Shown here in pieces: positions 9,910 to 24,573 of a stretch of DNA of 64,000 bases; position 1 is the stretch's first letter; every line of letters begins with the position of its first letter. The notes below the pieces were generated by a model, which did not search any database, was not told the DNA's origin, and saw nothing but the letters and a program-made list of their open reading frames with translations. The stretch covers positions 3,934 through 67,933 of the forward strand of contig PBJS01000025.1 in NCBI GenBank assembly GCA_002721165.1. Direction: 5' to 3'. Source of the stretch: Legionellales bacterium. Lineage in GTDB: Bacteria; Pseudomonadota; Gammaproteobacteria; Eutrophobiales; Eutrophobiaceae. Both the position numbers and the translations under genes were made by a program.

Positions 9910-10332
9910 TTATCGTCCGGAACGTTTTCTTAAACGCTGTAATGTCTGTAATTGAGCCGCAGCTTCTGCGAGCGCTACCTGAGCCTTGGCATAATCAATT
10001 TTAGAATCTTTCTCGTGCAATGCCTTTTCAGCTTCTTCTTTTGCTTTCACTACAGCTGCCTCGTCTAAATCCTCCGCACGCTCAGCTGTGTCAGATAAAA
10101 CGGTAATTATACTTGGTTGTACTTCCAGAAGCCCGCCTGAAACATAAAAAGCTGATTCGTTACCATCAACATCCATCACCCTGACTTCTCCCGGGGTCAT
10201 TTTGGTTACCAAAGGCGTATGGCCTGGAGCAATTCCAACTTCCCCCATAATAGCTGGCGCAAAAACCATTTGAGCTTCCCCTGAAAATATTTCTTTTTCA
10301 GCGCTTACAATATCAACTTGAATTGTATTCAT
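9910..10332 (-). CDS. atpC: F0F1 ATP synthase subunit epsilon
   Basis: 140 aa. Last gene of the atp operon. Confidence 0.9.
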   Translation of the reverse strand: MNTIQVDIVSAEKEIFSGEAQMVFAPAIMGEVGIAPGHTPLVTKMTPGEVRVMDVDGNESAFYVSGGLLEVQPSIITVLSDTAERAEDLDEAAVVKAKEEAEKALHEKDSKIDYAKAQVALAEAAAQLQTLQRLRKRSGR

Positions 10333-10348
10333 AAAATATCTTTATTAA

Positions 10349-11764
<1,416 letters not shown>

Positions 11765-11797
11765 TCAGTTTTTATTATTTAATAAAAATCAATTCGA

Positions 11798-12661
11798 CTA
11801 AACAGCGGCTGCGCCCGCAACAATCTCAGATAATTCTTGAGTAATTGCCGCTTGTCTTGCCTTGTTATATATAAGTTGTAGCTCATCAATAAGTGCGCCG
11901 GCATTTTCTGTTGCACTTTTCATAGCAACCATTCGTGCTGCCATTTCACATGATATATTTTCAATGACACCAGCGTAAACTTGTGACTCAATATAACGCG
12001 ACAAGAAACCGTCTAGTACTTCTTCGGCATCAGGCTCATAAATATAATCCCAATAACTTGCATAGTTTTCTTTTTCATCCGGCTCGCCAGGCACTAACTG
12101 TTGAATAACCGGTGTTTGAACCATTGAGTTCACAAATTGATTTGAAACTAAATGCACTTCATCAATATCTCCATCTCTATAAGCATTTAGCATGATCATT
12201 ATAGTTCCAATTAATTCTTCAGGATTTGGTTCGTCGCCTATATGAGTAACTTGGCCAATAATATTTACGCCAATTGATCCAAAAAAACCAGCTGCCTTTG
12301 TCCCAATAACACAAAGATCAATTTCTTTTCCTTCTATTTCCCAATTTTGAATCTTTTTTAAAAGCATACGAAACATATTTGCATTTAGACCGCCACATAA
12401 TCCTCGGTCCGTTGAAACAACAATCAAACCAATTCTTTTAACCTCTTCGCGTGTTACAAGATAAGGATGCTTATACTCTGGATTCGCATGAGCAAGGTGT
12501 GATATCACATTACGAATCTTTTCTGAATAAGGACGAGCGGCAAGCATGCGATCTTGGGCTTTACGCATTTTACTAGCTGCTACCATTTCCATAGCTTTTG
12601 TGATCTTTTGTGTATTTTTTACACTTGCAATCTTTGTTCTTACTTCCTTTCCGCCCGCCAT
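11798..12661 (-). CDS. atpG: F0F1 ATP synthase subunit gamma
   Basis: 287 aa; conserved N- and C-terminal helices of the gamma subunit. Confidence 0.93.
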   Translation of the reverse strand: MAGGKEVRTKIASVKNTQKITKAMEMVAASKMRKAQDRMLAARPYSEKIRNVISHLAHANPEYKHPYLVTREEVKRIGLIVVSTDRGLCGGLNANMFRMLLKKIQNWEIEGKEIDLCVIGTKAAGFFGSIGVNIIGQVTHIGDEPNPEELIGTIMIMLNAYRDGDIDEVHLVSNQFVNSMVQTPVIQQLVPGEPDEKENYASYWDYIYEPDAEEVLDGFLSRYIESQVYAGVIENISCEMAARMVAMKSATENAGALIDELQLIYNKARQAAITQELSEIVAGAAAV

Positions 12662-12686
12662 ATTTTTTCTTGCCTATTTCTAATTA

Positions 12687-14228
12687 TTACCAAGTATTAT
12701 TTTTTTTAAACTTATCAATCGCGCTATTCATTTCAGTTTCAATATCATCATCGTAATTACCCTCGACACCAATTTTATCCATTAAAGCCGATTGTTCACT
12801 TTTCATATAATCATGTAATGCTGATTCAAAAGCGCCAATTTTTTCCAGCTCGATATCGTCGATAAAACCATTTTCTACAGCAAACAAACTGACGCCCATT
12901 TCAGCCACATTTAAAGGGGTATATTGTTTTTGCTTCATTAACTCCATAACGCGTTGGCCTCGTTCTAGCTGTTTTCTTGTTGCCTCATCTAAATCAGACG
13001 CAAACTGGGCAAAAGCTGCTAGTTCACGATATTGAGCAAGCGCCAACCGAACGCCGCCGCCTAGTTTTTTAATAATCTTGGTTTGTGCAGCACCGCCTAC
13101 TCGCGATACCGACAGCCCTGCGTTAATAGCTGGTCTAAAACCTGAGTTAAAAAGGTCTGATTCTAAAAATATCTGACCATCGGTTATTGAAATCACATTG
13201 GTCGGAACGAAAGCAGAAACGTCTCCTGCTTGTGTTTCGATAATTGGTAATGCAGTTAATGAACCTGTTTTACCTTTGACTTCCCCGTTTGTAATCTTTT
13301 CTACATAATCTTCATTAATTCGCGAAGCACGTTCTAACAAACGGGAATGTAAATAAAATACATCGCCGGGATATGCCTCACGTCCTGGAGGACGTTTCAA
13401 CAACAATGAAACCTGACGGTATGCCCATGCTTGTTTTGTTAAATCATCATAAATGATTAATGCATCTTCGCCACGATCACGAAAATATTCACCCATAGCG
13501 CAACCACCGTATGGAGCAATGTATTGCATCGCTGCAGATTCTGATGCAGTTGCTGCAACAACAATTGTGTGTTCCATTGCGCCGTGTTCTTCGAGTTTCT
13601 TTATAACAACATTAATGGATGATGCTTTTTGACCAACTGCAACATAGATACACTTAACGCCGGTGCCTTTTTGATTAATAATTGCATCGATTGCAACAGC
13701 AGTTTTACCTGTTTGACGATCACCAATAATTAACTCCCTTTGGCCGCGGCCAATAGGCACCATAGAATCAATCGATTTAAGGCCTGTTTGGACAGGCTGG
13801 CCTACAGATTTTCTCGCGATGACTCCTGGTGCAATTTTTTCAATCGGCGAAGTTTCCTTTGTATTAATTTCACCCTTGCCATCAATTGGATTACCTAGCG
13901 CATCAACAACGCGCCCTAACAAACCATCTCCGACAGGAACTTCAAGAATACGCTTTGTACATTTTACAACATCGCCTTCAGAAATATGTTCATAACTACC
14001 CATGATAACTGCGCCAACGGAATCACGTTCCAAATTCAACGCTAAACCATACGTATTGCTAGGAAACTCGATCATCTCCCCCTGCATTACATCGCTTAAA
14101 CCATGTATTCTAGCAACACCGTCGGCAAGACTAACAACCGTGCCCTCAGTACGTGCTTCGGTATCTAGATCAAGTTCTTTAATCTTCTTTTTAATTAAAT
14201 CACTAATTTCAGTTGCACTAATAGACAT
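12687..14228 (-). CDS. atpA: F0F1 ATP synthase subunit alpha
   Basis: Walker A GDRQTGKT. Start set at the internal ATG 14228, which has a GAGGAAAGG RBS; the longer ORF would run into atpH. Confidence 0.95.
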   Translation of the reverse strand: MSISATEISDLIKKKIKELDLDTEARTEGTVVSLADGVARIHGLSDVMQGEMIEFPSNTYGLALNLERDSVGAVIMGSYEHISEGDVVKCTKRILEVPVGDGLLGRVVDALGNPIDGKGEINTKETSPIEKIAPGVIARKSVGQPVQTGLKSIDSMVPIGRGQRELIIGDRQTGKTAVAIDAIINQKGTGVKCIYVAVGQKASSINVVIKKLEEHGAMEHTIVVAATASESAAMQYIAPYGGCAMGEYFRDRGEDALIIYDDLTKQAWAYRQVSLLLKRPPGREAYPGDVFYLHSRLLERASRINEDYVEKITNGEVKGKTGSLTALPIIETQAGDVSAFVPTNVISITDGQIFLESDLFNSGFRPAINAGLSVSRVGGAAQTKIIKKLGGGVRLALAQYRELAAFAQFASDLDEATRKQLERGQRVMELMKQKQYTPLNVAEMGVSLFAVENGFIDDIELEKIGAFESALHDYMKSEQSALMDKIGVEGNYDDDIETEMNSAIDKFKKNNTW

Positions 14229-14250
14229 ATGCCTTTCCTCTTTAAAAAAA

Positions 14251-14787
14251 CTATTGGGCAATTACATTATTTAATTCTTCTAGGCGTCCACGTAATGATG
14301 CATCAACTACGGAATCACCAACTCTAATTATTACACCACCGATCAAATCTTTATTTTCTTCGATATTAATATCAATTTTATTGCCAGTACGCTTACTCAG
14401 GGATTCACTTATTTTTTTTATCTGATTTTCATTTAATGGATAGGCTGTTATTACATCAACCTCACTAATATCTTCCGCTGCTGAACGTTTCTGCTCGAAC
14501 AAAACAGATATTTCCGAAGCCAAACCAATACGTCCCGCATCAACACAAATCTTGACAAAGTTTTTACCTGATTGAGTTAGTTTGTTTTCGCATATATCAA
14601 CAATAAATTGATAAAGTTCGTCAGCACTTATTTTTGGACTAGCAATAACTCTCTGCATATCACTGTCGCGAACAATCACGCTTAGCAAATTTAGCATTGT
14701 TGACCACTCACTTAATTTACCCTCCTCCAAAGCCTGCGAAAAAGCTGCTTCTGCGTAGGGTCTTACAATCGTTGTTTTTTCTAACAT
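14251..14787 (-). CDS. atpH: F0F1 ATP synthase subunit delta
   Basis: 178 aa; OSCP/delta family, in the expected position in the operon. Confidence 0.88.
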   Translation of the reverse strand: MLEKTTIVRPYAEAAFSQALEEGKLSEWSTMLNLLSVIVRDSDMQRVIASPKISADELYQFIVDICENKLTQSGKNFVKICVDAGRIGLASEISVLFEQKRSAAEDISEVDVITAYPLNENQIKKISESLSKRTGNKIDINIEENKDLIGGVIIRVGDSVVDASLRGRLEELNNVIAQ

Positions 14788-14814
14788 TGAGTCTCTTCTC
14801 TTCTAAATTTATGA

Positions 14815-15285
14815 TTATAGTTTTTTGCTAATTTTAGCCAAAACTTCATCGTGTGCTTGTTGATCAACTTCCCGCATTAATATTTGCTCAGCACCAGTAA
14901 TTGCTAGAGCTGCAACTTGATTTCTCAGTTCTTGCCTTGTCTTTTCTTTTTCTTGTTCAATTTCACTTAATGCACTCTCTTTTATTCGATCTCCTTCTTT
15001 CTTGGCAATTTCCCTTGCTTCCTCAACAATTTCATCTCCGCGTTTTTGTGCTTGCGAAATAATTGTGGCTGCCTGCTCTTTGCCTTTATTTATTTCGGTT
15101 ACTGATTTTTCCTGTGCATCAGCAAAATCTTTTTGACCCTGTTCTGCCGCTGCTAAACCATCAGCAATACGGGCCTGGCGTTCCTCCATCCCTTTCAACA
15201 AAAGCGGCCAAACAAATTTCATCGTGAACCAAATAAACATGACGAAAGCTATACTCTGACCAATCAAGGTTGCATTAATATTCAT
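14815..15285 (-). CDS. atpF: F0F1 ATP synthase subunit b
   Basis: N-terminal TM helix followed by a long charged helix. Confidence 0.88.
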   Translation of the reverse strand: MNINATLIGQSIAFVMFIWFTMKFVWPLLLKGMEERQARIADGLAAAEQGQKDFADAQEKSVTEINKGKEQAATIISQAQKRGDEIVEEAREIAKKEGDRIKESALSEIEQEKEKTRQELRNQVAALAITGAEQILMREVDQQAHDEVLAKISKKL

Positions 15286-15322
15286 AATTGTAAGTACCTT
15301 ATATTAATTCTAATCTACAAAA

Positions 15323-15562
<240 letters not shown>

Positions 15563-15581
15563 CTACCACTCCTAAGTTTTA

Positions 15582-16873
<1,292 letters not shown>

Positions 16874-17022
16874 TTCTTATGTTTCGCACTAACTTTAAAT
16901 ATTGTCGACCCTTCGGTGCTAACAAACCAATGGGTTGCCACACCACCTTTTACATCTCTCAAAAGGGAAGGAAAGTATAAATATCTACCCTGTAATGATC
17001 AATGACTGAGACGTCAATTTAT

Positions 17023-17892
17023 TTAATCTAGTCGTTTAAGTATTCCTTCAAGCTCGGCTAATGAATTGTAACTAATCTGTAATTTTCCACGGCCACTTGA
17101 TTGATGTGTAATTAAAACTTTAGCAGCTAAACGTTCTGATAAGTCATTCTCCAGCTTGGTAATATTCGAATCTTTAACGTCATTTTTGGGTCTACTATGC
17201 TGATTACCATCTAAAAGTTGTTTAACCAAATTCTCCGTCGCTCGTACCGAGAGGCCCTGTTTTACTATTTTTGTAGCCGATTCTAATTGTTTGTCTGGGC
17301 TTAATGAGAGCAACGTTCTTGCGTGTCCCATATCAAGTTTACCCGTTTCCAGCATTTTTTTTACGCCGTCATCTAGCTCCAATAATCTTAATAAATTTGA
17401 TACCGCTGGCCTTGAACGTCCGACTGCATCTGCGACAGCATCGTGAGTCATTTCAAGTTCATTAATTAAACGCTCAAGTGCCCCTGCTTCTTCCAGTGGA
17501 TTTAGATCTTCACGCTGAATATTCTCAATCAAGGCTAAACACATCGCCTCATTATCCGAAACATCTTTAATAATCACAGGAATATCATGTAGACCAGCTA
17601 TTTGTGCTGCGCGCCATCGACGTTCGCCAGCGACTATTTCGTATGAATCTTTATTTGCTAGTGAACGCACTAAAATTGGTTGTACTAACCCCTGTGATTT
17701 AATTGTACCAGCAAGGCTTTGAAGAGCGTCTTGATCAAAATCACGCCGTGGTTGAAAGGATCCACGCTCGATAAGATCGATTGATAGCATTGTTAACGAG
17801 CTATTTTCCGGCGAAGATGCGAGGTTTGCGCCAGATACTTCCCCTAAAAGAGCATCAAGACCTTTACCTAATCCACGTTTTTTTGCATTCAT
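17023..17892 (-). CDS. parB: Chromosome partitioning protein ParB (Spo0J)
   Basis: ParB box (GERRWRAA) and an HTH; sits downstream of parA. Confidence 0.93.
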   Translation of the reverse strand: MNAKKRGLGKGLDALLGEVSGANLASSPENSSLTMLSIDLIERGSFQPRRDFDQDALQSLAGTIKSQGLVQPILVRSLANKDSYEIVAGERRWRAAQIAGLHDIPVIIKDVSDNEAMCLALIENIQREDLNPLEEAGALERLINELEMTHDAVADAVGRSRPAVSNLLRLLELDDGVKKMLETGKLDMGHARTLLSLSPDKQLESATKIVKQGLSVRATENLVKQLLDGNQHSRPKNDVKDSNITKLENDLSERLAAKVLITHQSSGRGKLQISYNSLAELEGILKRLD

Positions 17893-17918
17893 AATCGTTG
17901 TTGTCTTAATTATTTGAT

Positions 17919-18692
17919 CTATGCAGCTATACCTTCCCGTCTTAATATTTCTCCAGCCAAAGCTAAATAGGCAACAGCACCACTGGATGATTTATCATAT
18001 TTCAAAGCGGTTAGTCCATGGCTTGGTGCTTCGGCCAATCTAACATTTCTGGGAATGATGGTTCGATAAACTTTTTCTCCAAAATGATCAATTAGTTGGG
18101 CAGATACTTGGGTTGCAAGATTATTTCGAGGGTCATACATTGTTCTCAACAAACCTTCAATTTTAAGATTTGGATTTAAATGTTTACGTATTTTTTCAAT
18201 TGTCTCTAGTAATCCCGTTAGACCTTCTAAAGCATAATATTCACACTGCATCGGAATCATAACTGAATTTGCGGCAACTAGAGCATTCACGGTTAACATA
18301 TTTAAGGAAGGCGGGCAGTCTATAAGAATAAAATCGTAAATATCCTGAATTGTTTCAAGCGCACTTCTCAGCCTAACCTCTCTTGCTATTTCCTTTAAAA
18401 GCGCAACTTCTGCACCCGTTAAATCAGAATTACTCGGGATTAAAGCATATTTCCCTTCCGTAGAGTCAACAATAACCTGATCCGCAGGTTTATCATTCAT
18501 CAACAAATCATAACTTGAAATCTCAAGTTGCTGTTTATCAATGCCGCTACCCATAGTTGCATTACCTTGTGGGTCAAGATCCACCAATAAAACAGCTCTT
18601 TTTGTTGCCGCTAATGATGCAGCAAGATTGACGCTTGTTGTTGTCTTTCCTACGCCACCTTTTTGGTTAGCGACCGCGATGATTCTGCCCAT
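17919..18692 (-). CDS. parA: Chromosome partitioning ATPase ParA (Soj)
   Basis: Deviant Walker A KGGVGKTT. Confidence 0.93.
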   Translation of the reverse strand: MGRIIAVANQKGGVGKTTTSVNLAASLAATKRAVLLVDLDPQGNATMGSGIDKQQLEISSYDLLMNDKPADQVIVDSTEGKYALIPSNSDLTGAEVALLKEIAREVRLRSALETIQDIYDFILIDCPPSLNMLTVNALVAANSVMIPMQCEYYALEGLTGLLETIEKIRKHLNPNLKIEGLLRTMYDPRNNLATQVSAQLIDHFGEKVYRTIIPRNVRLAEAPSHGLTALKYDKSSSGAVAYLALAGEILRREGIAA

Positions 18693-18771
18693 TTAGTTAC
18701 CATGAATTTAATACCAAAATTGTAAGACACACTTTACCATACTCAAACCCTACTGCCATTTGTATACAACA

Positions 18772-19392
18772 TTAATTCTGCCTTTGGATTTTCGCTAGTT
18801 TTGACTTTGCTTTCAAATCTGATGAGGGTAAGTCGAATAATTCGATTTGAAAATTACACCCTGATAACTCTTGATACTCATTTTCAACATTTTCCCCTTT
18901 TATCGCCAATAACTGATTATTTGATGTAATTAGATGCTCCAACTGACTCAATAATCGACTTAATGGTGCAAAAGCTCGACAAATCACCGTGTCAAATTCC
19001 ATTATCGGCTTATATTGTTCTACACGCGACTGAATAATTTCAATGTTATCCATCCCGAACTCATATTTTATATGCCGAAGAAATTTAATTTTTTTCTGTG
19101 CACTATCGAGTAATGTCCATTTCTTTTCCGGTTGGGCCAACGCTAAAATTATGCCTGGTAAACCTGCCCCAGTTCCAACATCTAAACAATGCGTCCCTTT
19201 AATATATGGGAATGCCGACAAGGAATTAATAATATGGCGTGTAATCATTTGCTCAGATTTTGTAATTCCAGTTAAGTTATAGGTTTTGTTCCACTCGCTT
19301 AATAACTCAATGTACATTAAATATTCTTTACAAGGATATTGTTCAGGAATAAGCCCTTGTTTTCTGAGCTCGTCCTCTAGAATGTCTTGCAT
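18772..19392 (-). CDS. rsmG: 16S rRNA (guanine527-N7)-methyltransferase RsmG (GidB)
   Basis: SAM-binding motif DVGTGAGLPGI; positioned between mnmG and parA. Confidence 0.9.
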   Translation of the reverse strand: MQDILEDELRKQGLIPEQYPCKEYLMYIELLSEWNKTYNLTGITKSEQMITRHIINSLSAFPYIKGTHCLDVGTGAGLPGIILALAQPEKKWTLLDSAQKKIKFLRHIKYEFGMDNIEIIQSRVEQYKPIMEFDTVICRAFAPLSRLLSQLEHLITSNNQLLAIKGENVENEYQELSGCNFQIELFDLPSSDLKAKSKLAKIQRQN

Positions 19393-19407
19393 AAATATCT
19401 CTATAAG

Positions 19408-21303
19408 TTAAGCGCTTTGCTTAAAAAACAGTGAATGCTTCTTGAGATAAATACGTAATAAAGATATTGCTGCAGGTGTTATCCCTTGTATACGAGACGC
19501 CTGCCCCAGATTAACCGGACGATGTTTGGATAGTTTTTCAATTACCTCGCTCGATAAACCTCGAACCTCTTTATAATCCAGGTCCTCTGGTAATACAGTC
19601 TCTTCGTGTTGGCGGTTTCGCTCTACTTCTTCTTCTTGACGTTTGATATAACCCGAATATTTAGCGCATACTTCAACTTGCTCGGCTACTTTCGGATCAA
19701 TTTCTTCACCGCCAACATTAGGTAATTTTAAAATATCATGATGAGTAAAATCAGGACGCTTCAATAAATCCAAAAGATTAATATCTTTTCTTATTTTTTG
19801 TCCAAGCAATTTTTCGACAGCTTGATTAGGAAAAGATTTTGATCCTAACCAAATATTTGCTAAACGACTCGATTCATTTTCAATAGCATCACGTTTTTCA
19901 TTAAACAATCTCCAGCGCTCTTGGCTAATTAAACCAAACTGATTGGCATATTCAGTTAATCTAAGGTCAGCATTATCCTCGCGCAACATCAAACGATACT
20001 CAGCTCGGCTAGTAAACATTCTATAAGGCTCAGTTGCTCCGGTTGTAATTAAATCATCAACTAATACACCCAGATAAGCTTCGTCTCGACGTGGATACCA
20101 TGGTTCTTGTTCATTATTTTTAAGTCCTGCGTTTAATCCAGCCAACAACCCCTGTGATGCAGCTTCTTCATAACCCGTCGTGCCATTAATTTGACCAGCG
20201 AAAAATAAACCTTTAATGAATTTAGTTTCAAGCCACGGATACAAATCTCTAGGGTCAAAAAAGTCATACTCGATTGCGTATCCAGGACGCGTTATGTGAG
20301 CATTTTCAAATCCTTTAATTGAACGCACTAATTTAAGCTGTACATCATAAGGCAACGAGGTAGAAATACCATTTGGATAAATTTCCCCCGTATTTAATCC
20401 CTCAGGCTCTATAAAAATTTGATGTGAATTTTTGTCGGCAAAACGAACAACCTTATCCTCTATAGAAGGACAATAGCGTGGCCCATTACTTTCAATATCA
20501 CCATTAAACATTGGTGATTGTTCTAATGAATCACGAATGATTTCATGAGTTAACTCGTTGGTATATGTTATATGACAAGGCATCTGTTTTGGATGTTCGT
20601 TTACATTACCAATAAAAGAAAATACAGGAACAGGTTTATCTCCGAATTGAACACCACATTTTTTATAATCGACAGTTGTACCGTCAATTCTTGGAGGAGT
20701 TCCCGTTTTTAATCGACCAACGTTGAACGGTAACTCTCTTAAACGATTGGCTAGTGCAATTGAAGGTTTTTCACCCGCTCTGCCACCATGATGTTGCTCA
20801 TTACCAATAAAAATTTTACCTCCAAGAAATGTCCCCACGGTCAAAATAACAGAAGGGGCTAAAAATTTTATTCCGATTTTAGTAACTACGCCTTTAACTT
20901 CCTCACCCTCAACCAATAAATCATCAACAGCTTGCTGGAATATAAATAAATTATTTTGTTTTTCTAATGCAGGACGAACGGCTTCCTTATAAAGCGAACG
21001 GTCAATTTGTGCTCGTGTTGCACGAACAGCAGGGCCCTTACGAGAATTAAGAATACGAAACTGTATACCACTTAAATCCGCGGCATGGGCCATTAGTCCA
21101 CCCATAGCATCTATTTCCTTTACCAAATGGCCTTTTCCAATTCCACCAATTGCAGGGTTACAAGACATCTGCCCCAAAGTGTCAACACTATGTGTTAAGA
21201 GTAGTGTTCTTACGCCCATACGTGATGCTGCTAGCGCTGCCTCTGTCCCAGCATGGCCTCCACCTACTACAATAACGTCAAATTTTTTGGGTTGTTTTTT
21301 CAT
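19408..21303 (-). CDS. mnmG: tRNA uridine-5-carboxymethylaminomethyl modification enzyme MnmG (GidA)
   Basis: FAD-binding motif [14 protein letters not shown]; 631 aa. Confidence 0.96.
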   Translation of the reverse strand: MKKQPKKFDVIVVGGGHAGTEAALAASRMGVRTLLLTHSVDTLGQMSCNPAIGGIGKGHLVKEIDAMGGLMAHAADLSGIQFRILNSRKGPAVRATRAQIDRSLYKEAVRPALEKQNNLFIFQQAVDDLLVEGEEVKGVVTKIGIKFLAPSVILTVGTFLGGKIFIGNEQHHGGRAGEKPSIALANRLRELPFNVGRLKTGTPPRIDGTTVDYKKCGVQFGDKPVPVFSFIGNVNEHPKQMPCHITYTNELTHEIIRDSLEQSPMFNGDIESNGPRYCPSIEDKVVRFADKNSHQIFIEPEGLNTGEIYPNGISTSLPYDVQLKLVRSIKGFENAHITRPGYAIEYDFFDPRDLYPWLETKFIKGLFFAGQINGTTGYEEAASQGLLAGLNAGLKNNEQEPWYPRRDEAYLGVLVDDLITTGATEPYRMFTSRAEYRLMLREDNADLRLTEYANQFGLISQERWRLFNEKRDAIENESSRLANIWLGSKSFPNQAVEKLLGQKIRKDINLLDLLKRPDFTHHDILKLPNVGGEEIDPKVAEQVEVCAKYSGYIKRQEEEVERNRQHEETVLPEDLDYKEVRGLSSEVIEKLSKHRPVNLGQASRIQGITPAAISLLRIYLKKHSLFFKQSA

Positions 21304-21356
21304 AACGCGGCATATTCTAGCTATTACTCATAAGAATGTAAGGTAAAATATGAATT

Positions 21357-22775
21357 ATGGATAAAGATTTAGCAATCTCATTAACTGATGAGGAATGGGA
21401 AAAATCAATAATCCCCGAATTAGTAGAATATATTCGTGTTCCGAACAAGTCTCCTGCATTCGATCCTGATTGGCAATCTAATGGTTTTATGGAGCAAGTT
21501 GTCGATCAATTTGTAGCATGGAGTCAACATCAAAATATCGAGGGAATGGAACTCGATGTAATTCGATTGCCTAAACGCACACCACTTATCTTTATAGACA
21601 TTCCCGGTGATACAGAGAATACAGTGCTTCTTTATGGCCATCTAGATAAACAACCTGAAATGATGGGTTGGAATGAAGGGTTTGGTCCTTGGAAACCAGT
21701 GCTTAAAGAAAATAAACTTTATGGTCGCGGTGGTGCCGATGACGGTTATGCGCTATTTGCCTCCTTACTAGCAATTAAAATATTACATAAACAGAAAATT
21801 CCGCATGCACGTTGTGTTGTAATTATAGAGGCATGCGAAGAAAGCGGCAGTTATGATCTGCCTTTCTACATTGATCATTTGAAAGACCGTCTCGGCAAAC
21901 CAGAATTAGTAATTTGTTTAGACTCTGGATGTGGTAATTATGAACAACTCTGGTCCACAACATCATTGCGCGGACTAGTTGGAGGTGAGCTAAAAGTTGA
22001 GGTACTAGATGAGGGTATTCATTCCGGGGATATCAGCGGCATTATTCCTTCCAGTTTTAGAATATTGAGACAATTACTCGATCGAATTGAAGATCCAGTT
22101 TCAGGACAAATACTTTTAAAGGAATGTTATGTAGACATCCCGAATAAACGCATTGAACAAGCAAAACATGCTGCTAGTGTATTAAATGAAAATGTATTTA
22201 GGCGCTTTCCGATAAAAGGAAATGTACGGCCAGTTAGTGATGACTTAGTAGAACTGATTCTCAATCGGAGTTGGCGACCAACCCTATCTTATCTTGGGGC
22301 AAGTGGTTTGCCCGAAATTAATGACGCAGGAAATGTGCTTCGTCCTTTTACATCGATTAAATTATCAATGCGTCTTCCTCCAACATGTAGCTCAAAGATT
22401 GTCAGTAAAAAACTTAAAGAACTTTTATTAAATGATCCACCAAACGGTGCAAAAATTTCTTTTGAAATCGATTGGTCCGTTGACGGTTGGATGGCACCTG
22501 AGATATCACCCTGGTTAGAAAAGGCGTTAGATGAAGCATCAGAGAATTATTTCAATAAACCCTCTGTCCATATAGGGGAAGGTTGGTCAATCCCTTTCAT
22601 GGGAATGCTAGGCGAAAAATTTCCTGAAGCTCAATTTTTGATTACGGGTGTACTCGGACCAGGTTCTAATGCGCATGGGCCAAATGAATTTTTACATATA
22701 CCAGCTGCAAAAAAAATTACATGCTGTGTTGCTGAAATTATTGCTAAACATTATCAAGCATATAAAAAATTATGA
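21357..22775 (+). CDS. M20-family metallopeptidase (dipeptidase-like)
   Basis: 472 aa. Has a GRGxxDD metal-site motif and the catalytic-plus-dimerisation-domain architecture of Peptidase_M20. Confidence 0.6.
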   Translation: MDKDLAISLTDEEWEKSIIPELVEYIRVPNKSPAFDPDWQSNGFMEQVVDQFVAWSQHQNIEGMELDVIRLPKRTPLIFIDIPGDTENTVLLYGHLDKQPEMMGWNEGFGPWKPVLKENKLYGRGGADDGYALFASLLAIKILHKQKIPHARCVVIIEACEESGSYDLPFYIDHLKDRLGKPELVICLDSGCGNYEQLWSTTSLRGLVGGELKVEVLDEGIHSGDISGIIPSSFRILRQLLDRIEDPVSGQILLKECYVDIPNKRIEQAKHAASVLNENVFRRFPIKGNVRPVSDDLVELILNRSWRPTLSYLGASGLPEINDAGNVLRPFTSIKLSMRLPPTCSSKIVSKKLKELLLNDPPNGAKISFEIDWSVDGWMAPEISPWLEKALDEASENYFNKPSVHIGEGWSIPFMGMLGEKFPEAQFLITGVLGPGSNAHGPNEFLHIPAAKKITCCVAEIIAKHYQAYKKL

Positions 22776-22785
22776 GGTTAAAAAT

Positions 22786-23652
22786 ATGAAAATTGGTTTT
22801 ATCGGGCTAGGAGCAATGGGTGGGTATATGGCAATAAATCTTGCTAAAAATAATTTATTACAGATAGTTTTTAATCGAACGACATCTAAAACAAAATTGC
22901 TAAAAAAAGAATTTGCATGTTCGGTATCAAACTCGCCTCTTGAATTAGCAAAGCAATGTGAAGTCATAATTATTAGTGTATCGCGTGATGTCGATGTTCT
23001 TGAAATAATAAATGAGATAAAGCCCGGGATAAAAGCCAATAGCATTGTTATTGATACATCAACTGTAAGTTCGGAGACAGCAAAAAAAGCAGCAAGCATA
23101 TTAAGTCAAGTAAACTCTAATTTTCTAGATTGCCCTGTATCCGGTGGCGTTGAAGGCGCAAAAAATGCAACATTGGCAATGATGGTAGGCGGGGCTGAGG
23201 AGGTACTGGATAAAGTGCGTCCTATTTTAAATTCAATTGCAAAAAACATTGTCTATATTGGGCCAAATGGTACCGGTCAAGCAACCAAAGCGGTCAATCA
23301 AATCATGGCAGCAGGAATTAATCAGGCAGTGACCGAGGCCTTGGCATTTGGCGAAGCGATGGGTTTGCCAATGGACAAGGTTATAGAGATTGTCTCCACA
23401 GGTGCTGCTGGTAATTGGTTTCTTGATCATCGAGGTAAAACGATGCTATCAGGTGAATTTGAGCCAGGATTCAAGATGAGCTTACACCATAAAGACCTCT
23501 CAATTTGTCAATCTATGGCTAGCACCCTGAAAAAAAATGCATTTCCGCTTATTGAAATGACATTAATTGATTACCAGCAATTAATGGATGAAGGTCATGG
23601 AAACGAGGATATTTCAGCTTTATTTCGTTTGAAACGGAAAAATCTAAACTAG
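22786..23652 (+). CDS. NAD(P)-dependent 3-hydroxyacid dehydrogenase (MmsB/GarR family)
   Basis: Rossmann motif GFIGLGAMGGYMA and the 6-PGDH-like NAD-binding/C-terminal domain. Start is the internal ATG 22786 with a GAGG RBS; the longer ORF overlaps the M20 gene. Confidence 0.8.
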   Translation: MKIGFIGLGAMGGYMAINLAKNNLLQIVFNRTTSKTKLLKKEFACSVSNSPLELAKQCEVIIISVSRDVDVLEIINEIKPGIKANSIVIDTSTVSSETAKKAASILSQVNSNFLDCPVSGGVEGAKNATLAMMVGGAEEVLDKVRPILNSIAKNIVYIGPNGTGQATKAVNQIMAAGINQAVTEALAFGEAMGLPMDKVIEIVSTGAAGNWFLDHRGKTMLSGEFEPGFKMSLHHKDLSICQSMASTLKKNAFPLIEMTLIDYQQLMDEGHGNEDISALFRLKRKNLN

Positions 23653-23842
23653 TTAAATCATCTTAACGCTAAATTTGAACCGAAACACATGTTTTAGGTC
23701 TATATCAAAAATTGACGATCTGTTTTTTTTGTGCAAAATAGTGCCGTCGTAAATCTAGAGTTTGCTTGAACTAGGTAAAATTATAAGAATAATTGAATAC
23801 AGTATGTAACAAATTTTTAAACCTATAAATTAATAAAAACTG

Positions 23843-24571
23843 ATGTCACAAGCTATAAAAATAAAATCGTTGTCAAAATCTTTTGGTGCAATTGATGCTG
23901 TGTGCAATATTTCATTTGATGTTGGGTACGGTGAAGTTCTTGGTTTTCTCGGTCCAAATGGTGCGGGGAAATCAACAACAATGAAAATGATAACTGGGTT
24001 TCTTGAGCCTACAAGTGGCACAGTAGAAGTTAATGGTCATGATGTTCTGGAAGATCCTTTATCCGTAAAACGTTCAATTGGGTATCTCCCTGAAGGTGCA
24101 CCAGCGTATGGAGAAATGACAGTCAAAAGCTTTCTTAATTTTATTGCTGACATTCGTGAATTAAGCGGCTCTTTACGTAAAAATCGTCTTGATGAGGTTA
24201 TCGAAACAATTAACATCGGGACAGTTATTGATCAAAGCATAGAAACTTTATCTAAAGGATATAAACGCCGAGTAGGATTAGCACAGGCAATACTTCATGA
24301 CCCAGATATATTAATTATGGATGAACCTACTGATGGATTAGATCCTAATCAAAAACACGAAGTTAGAAATTTGATAAAGAAAATGGCTGAGAAAAAAGCA
24401 ATCATTATATCAACTCATATTCTTGAAGAAGTTGATGCAGTTTGTTCACGTGCCATTATTATCTCTTCTGGTAAATTACTTTTTGACGGAACTCCAGAAC
24501 AACTTATATCTAAATCAGATCAAGGTAATATTGATCATGCTTTTCGAAACATAACAGTGCCATCAAAATAA
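23843..24571 (+). CDS. ABC transporter ATP-binding protein (ABC-2 / GldA-like)
   Basis: Walker A GPNGAGKST, signature LSKGYKRRV, Walker B ILIMDEPT. Confidence 0.9.
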   Translation: MSQAIKIKSLSKSFGAIDAVCNISFDVGYGEVLGFLGPNGAGKSTTMKMITGFLEPTSGTVEVNGHDVLEDPLSVKRSIGYLPEGAPAYGEMTVKSFLNFIADIRELSGSLRKNRLDEVIETINIGTVIDQSIETLSKGYKRRVGLAQAILHDPDILIMDEPTDGLDPNQKHEVRNLIKKMAEKKAIIISTHILEEVDAVCSRAIIISSGKLLFDGTPEQLISKSDQGNIDHAFRNITVPSK

Positions 24572-24573
24572 TT

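Noticed and set aside
21304-21356. Possible oriC / DnaA-box cluster next to mnmG (gidA), as in some gammaproteobacteria
   Set aside because: The gap is only 53 bp, with no TTATCCACA-like boxes and no AT-rich 13-mers. dnaA, dnaN and rpmH are not in the window, so the origin is presumably elsewhere.
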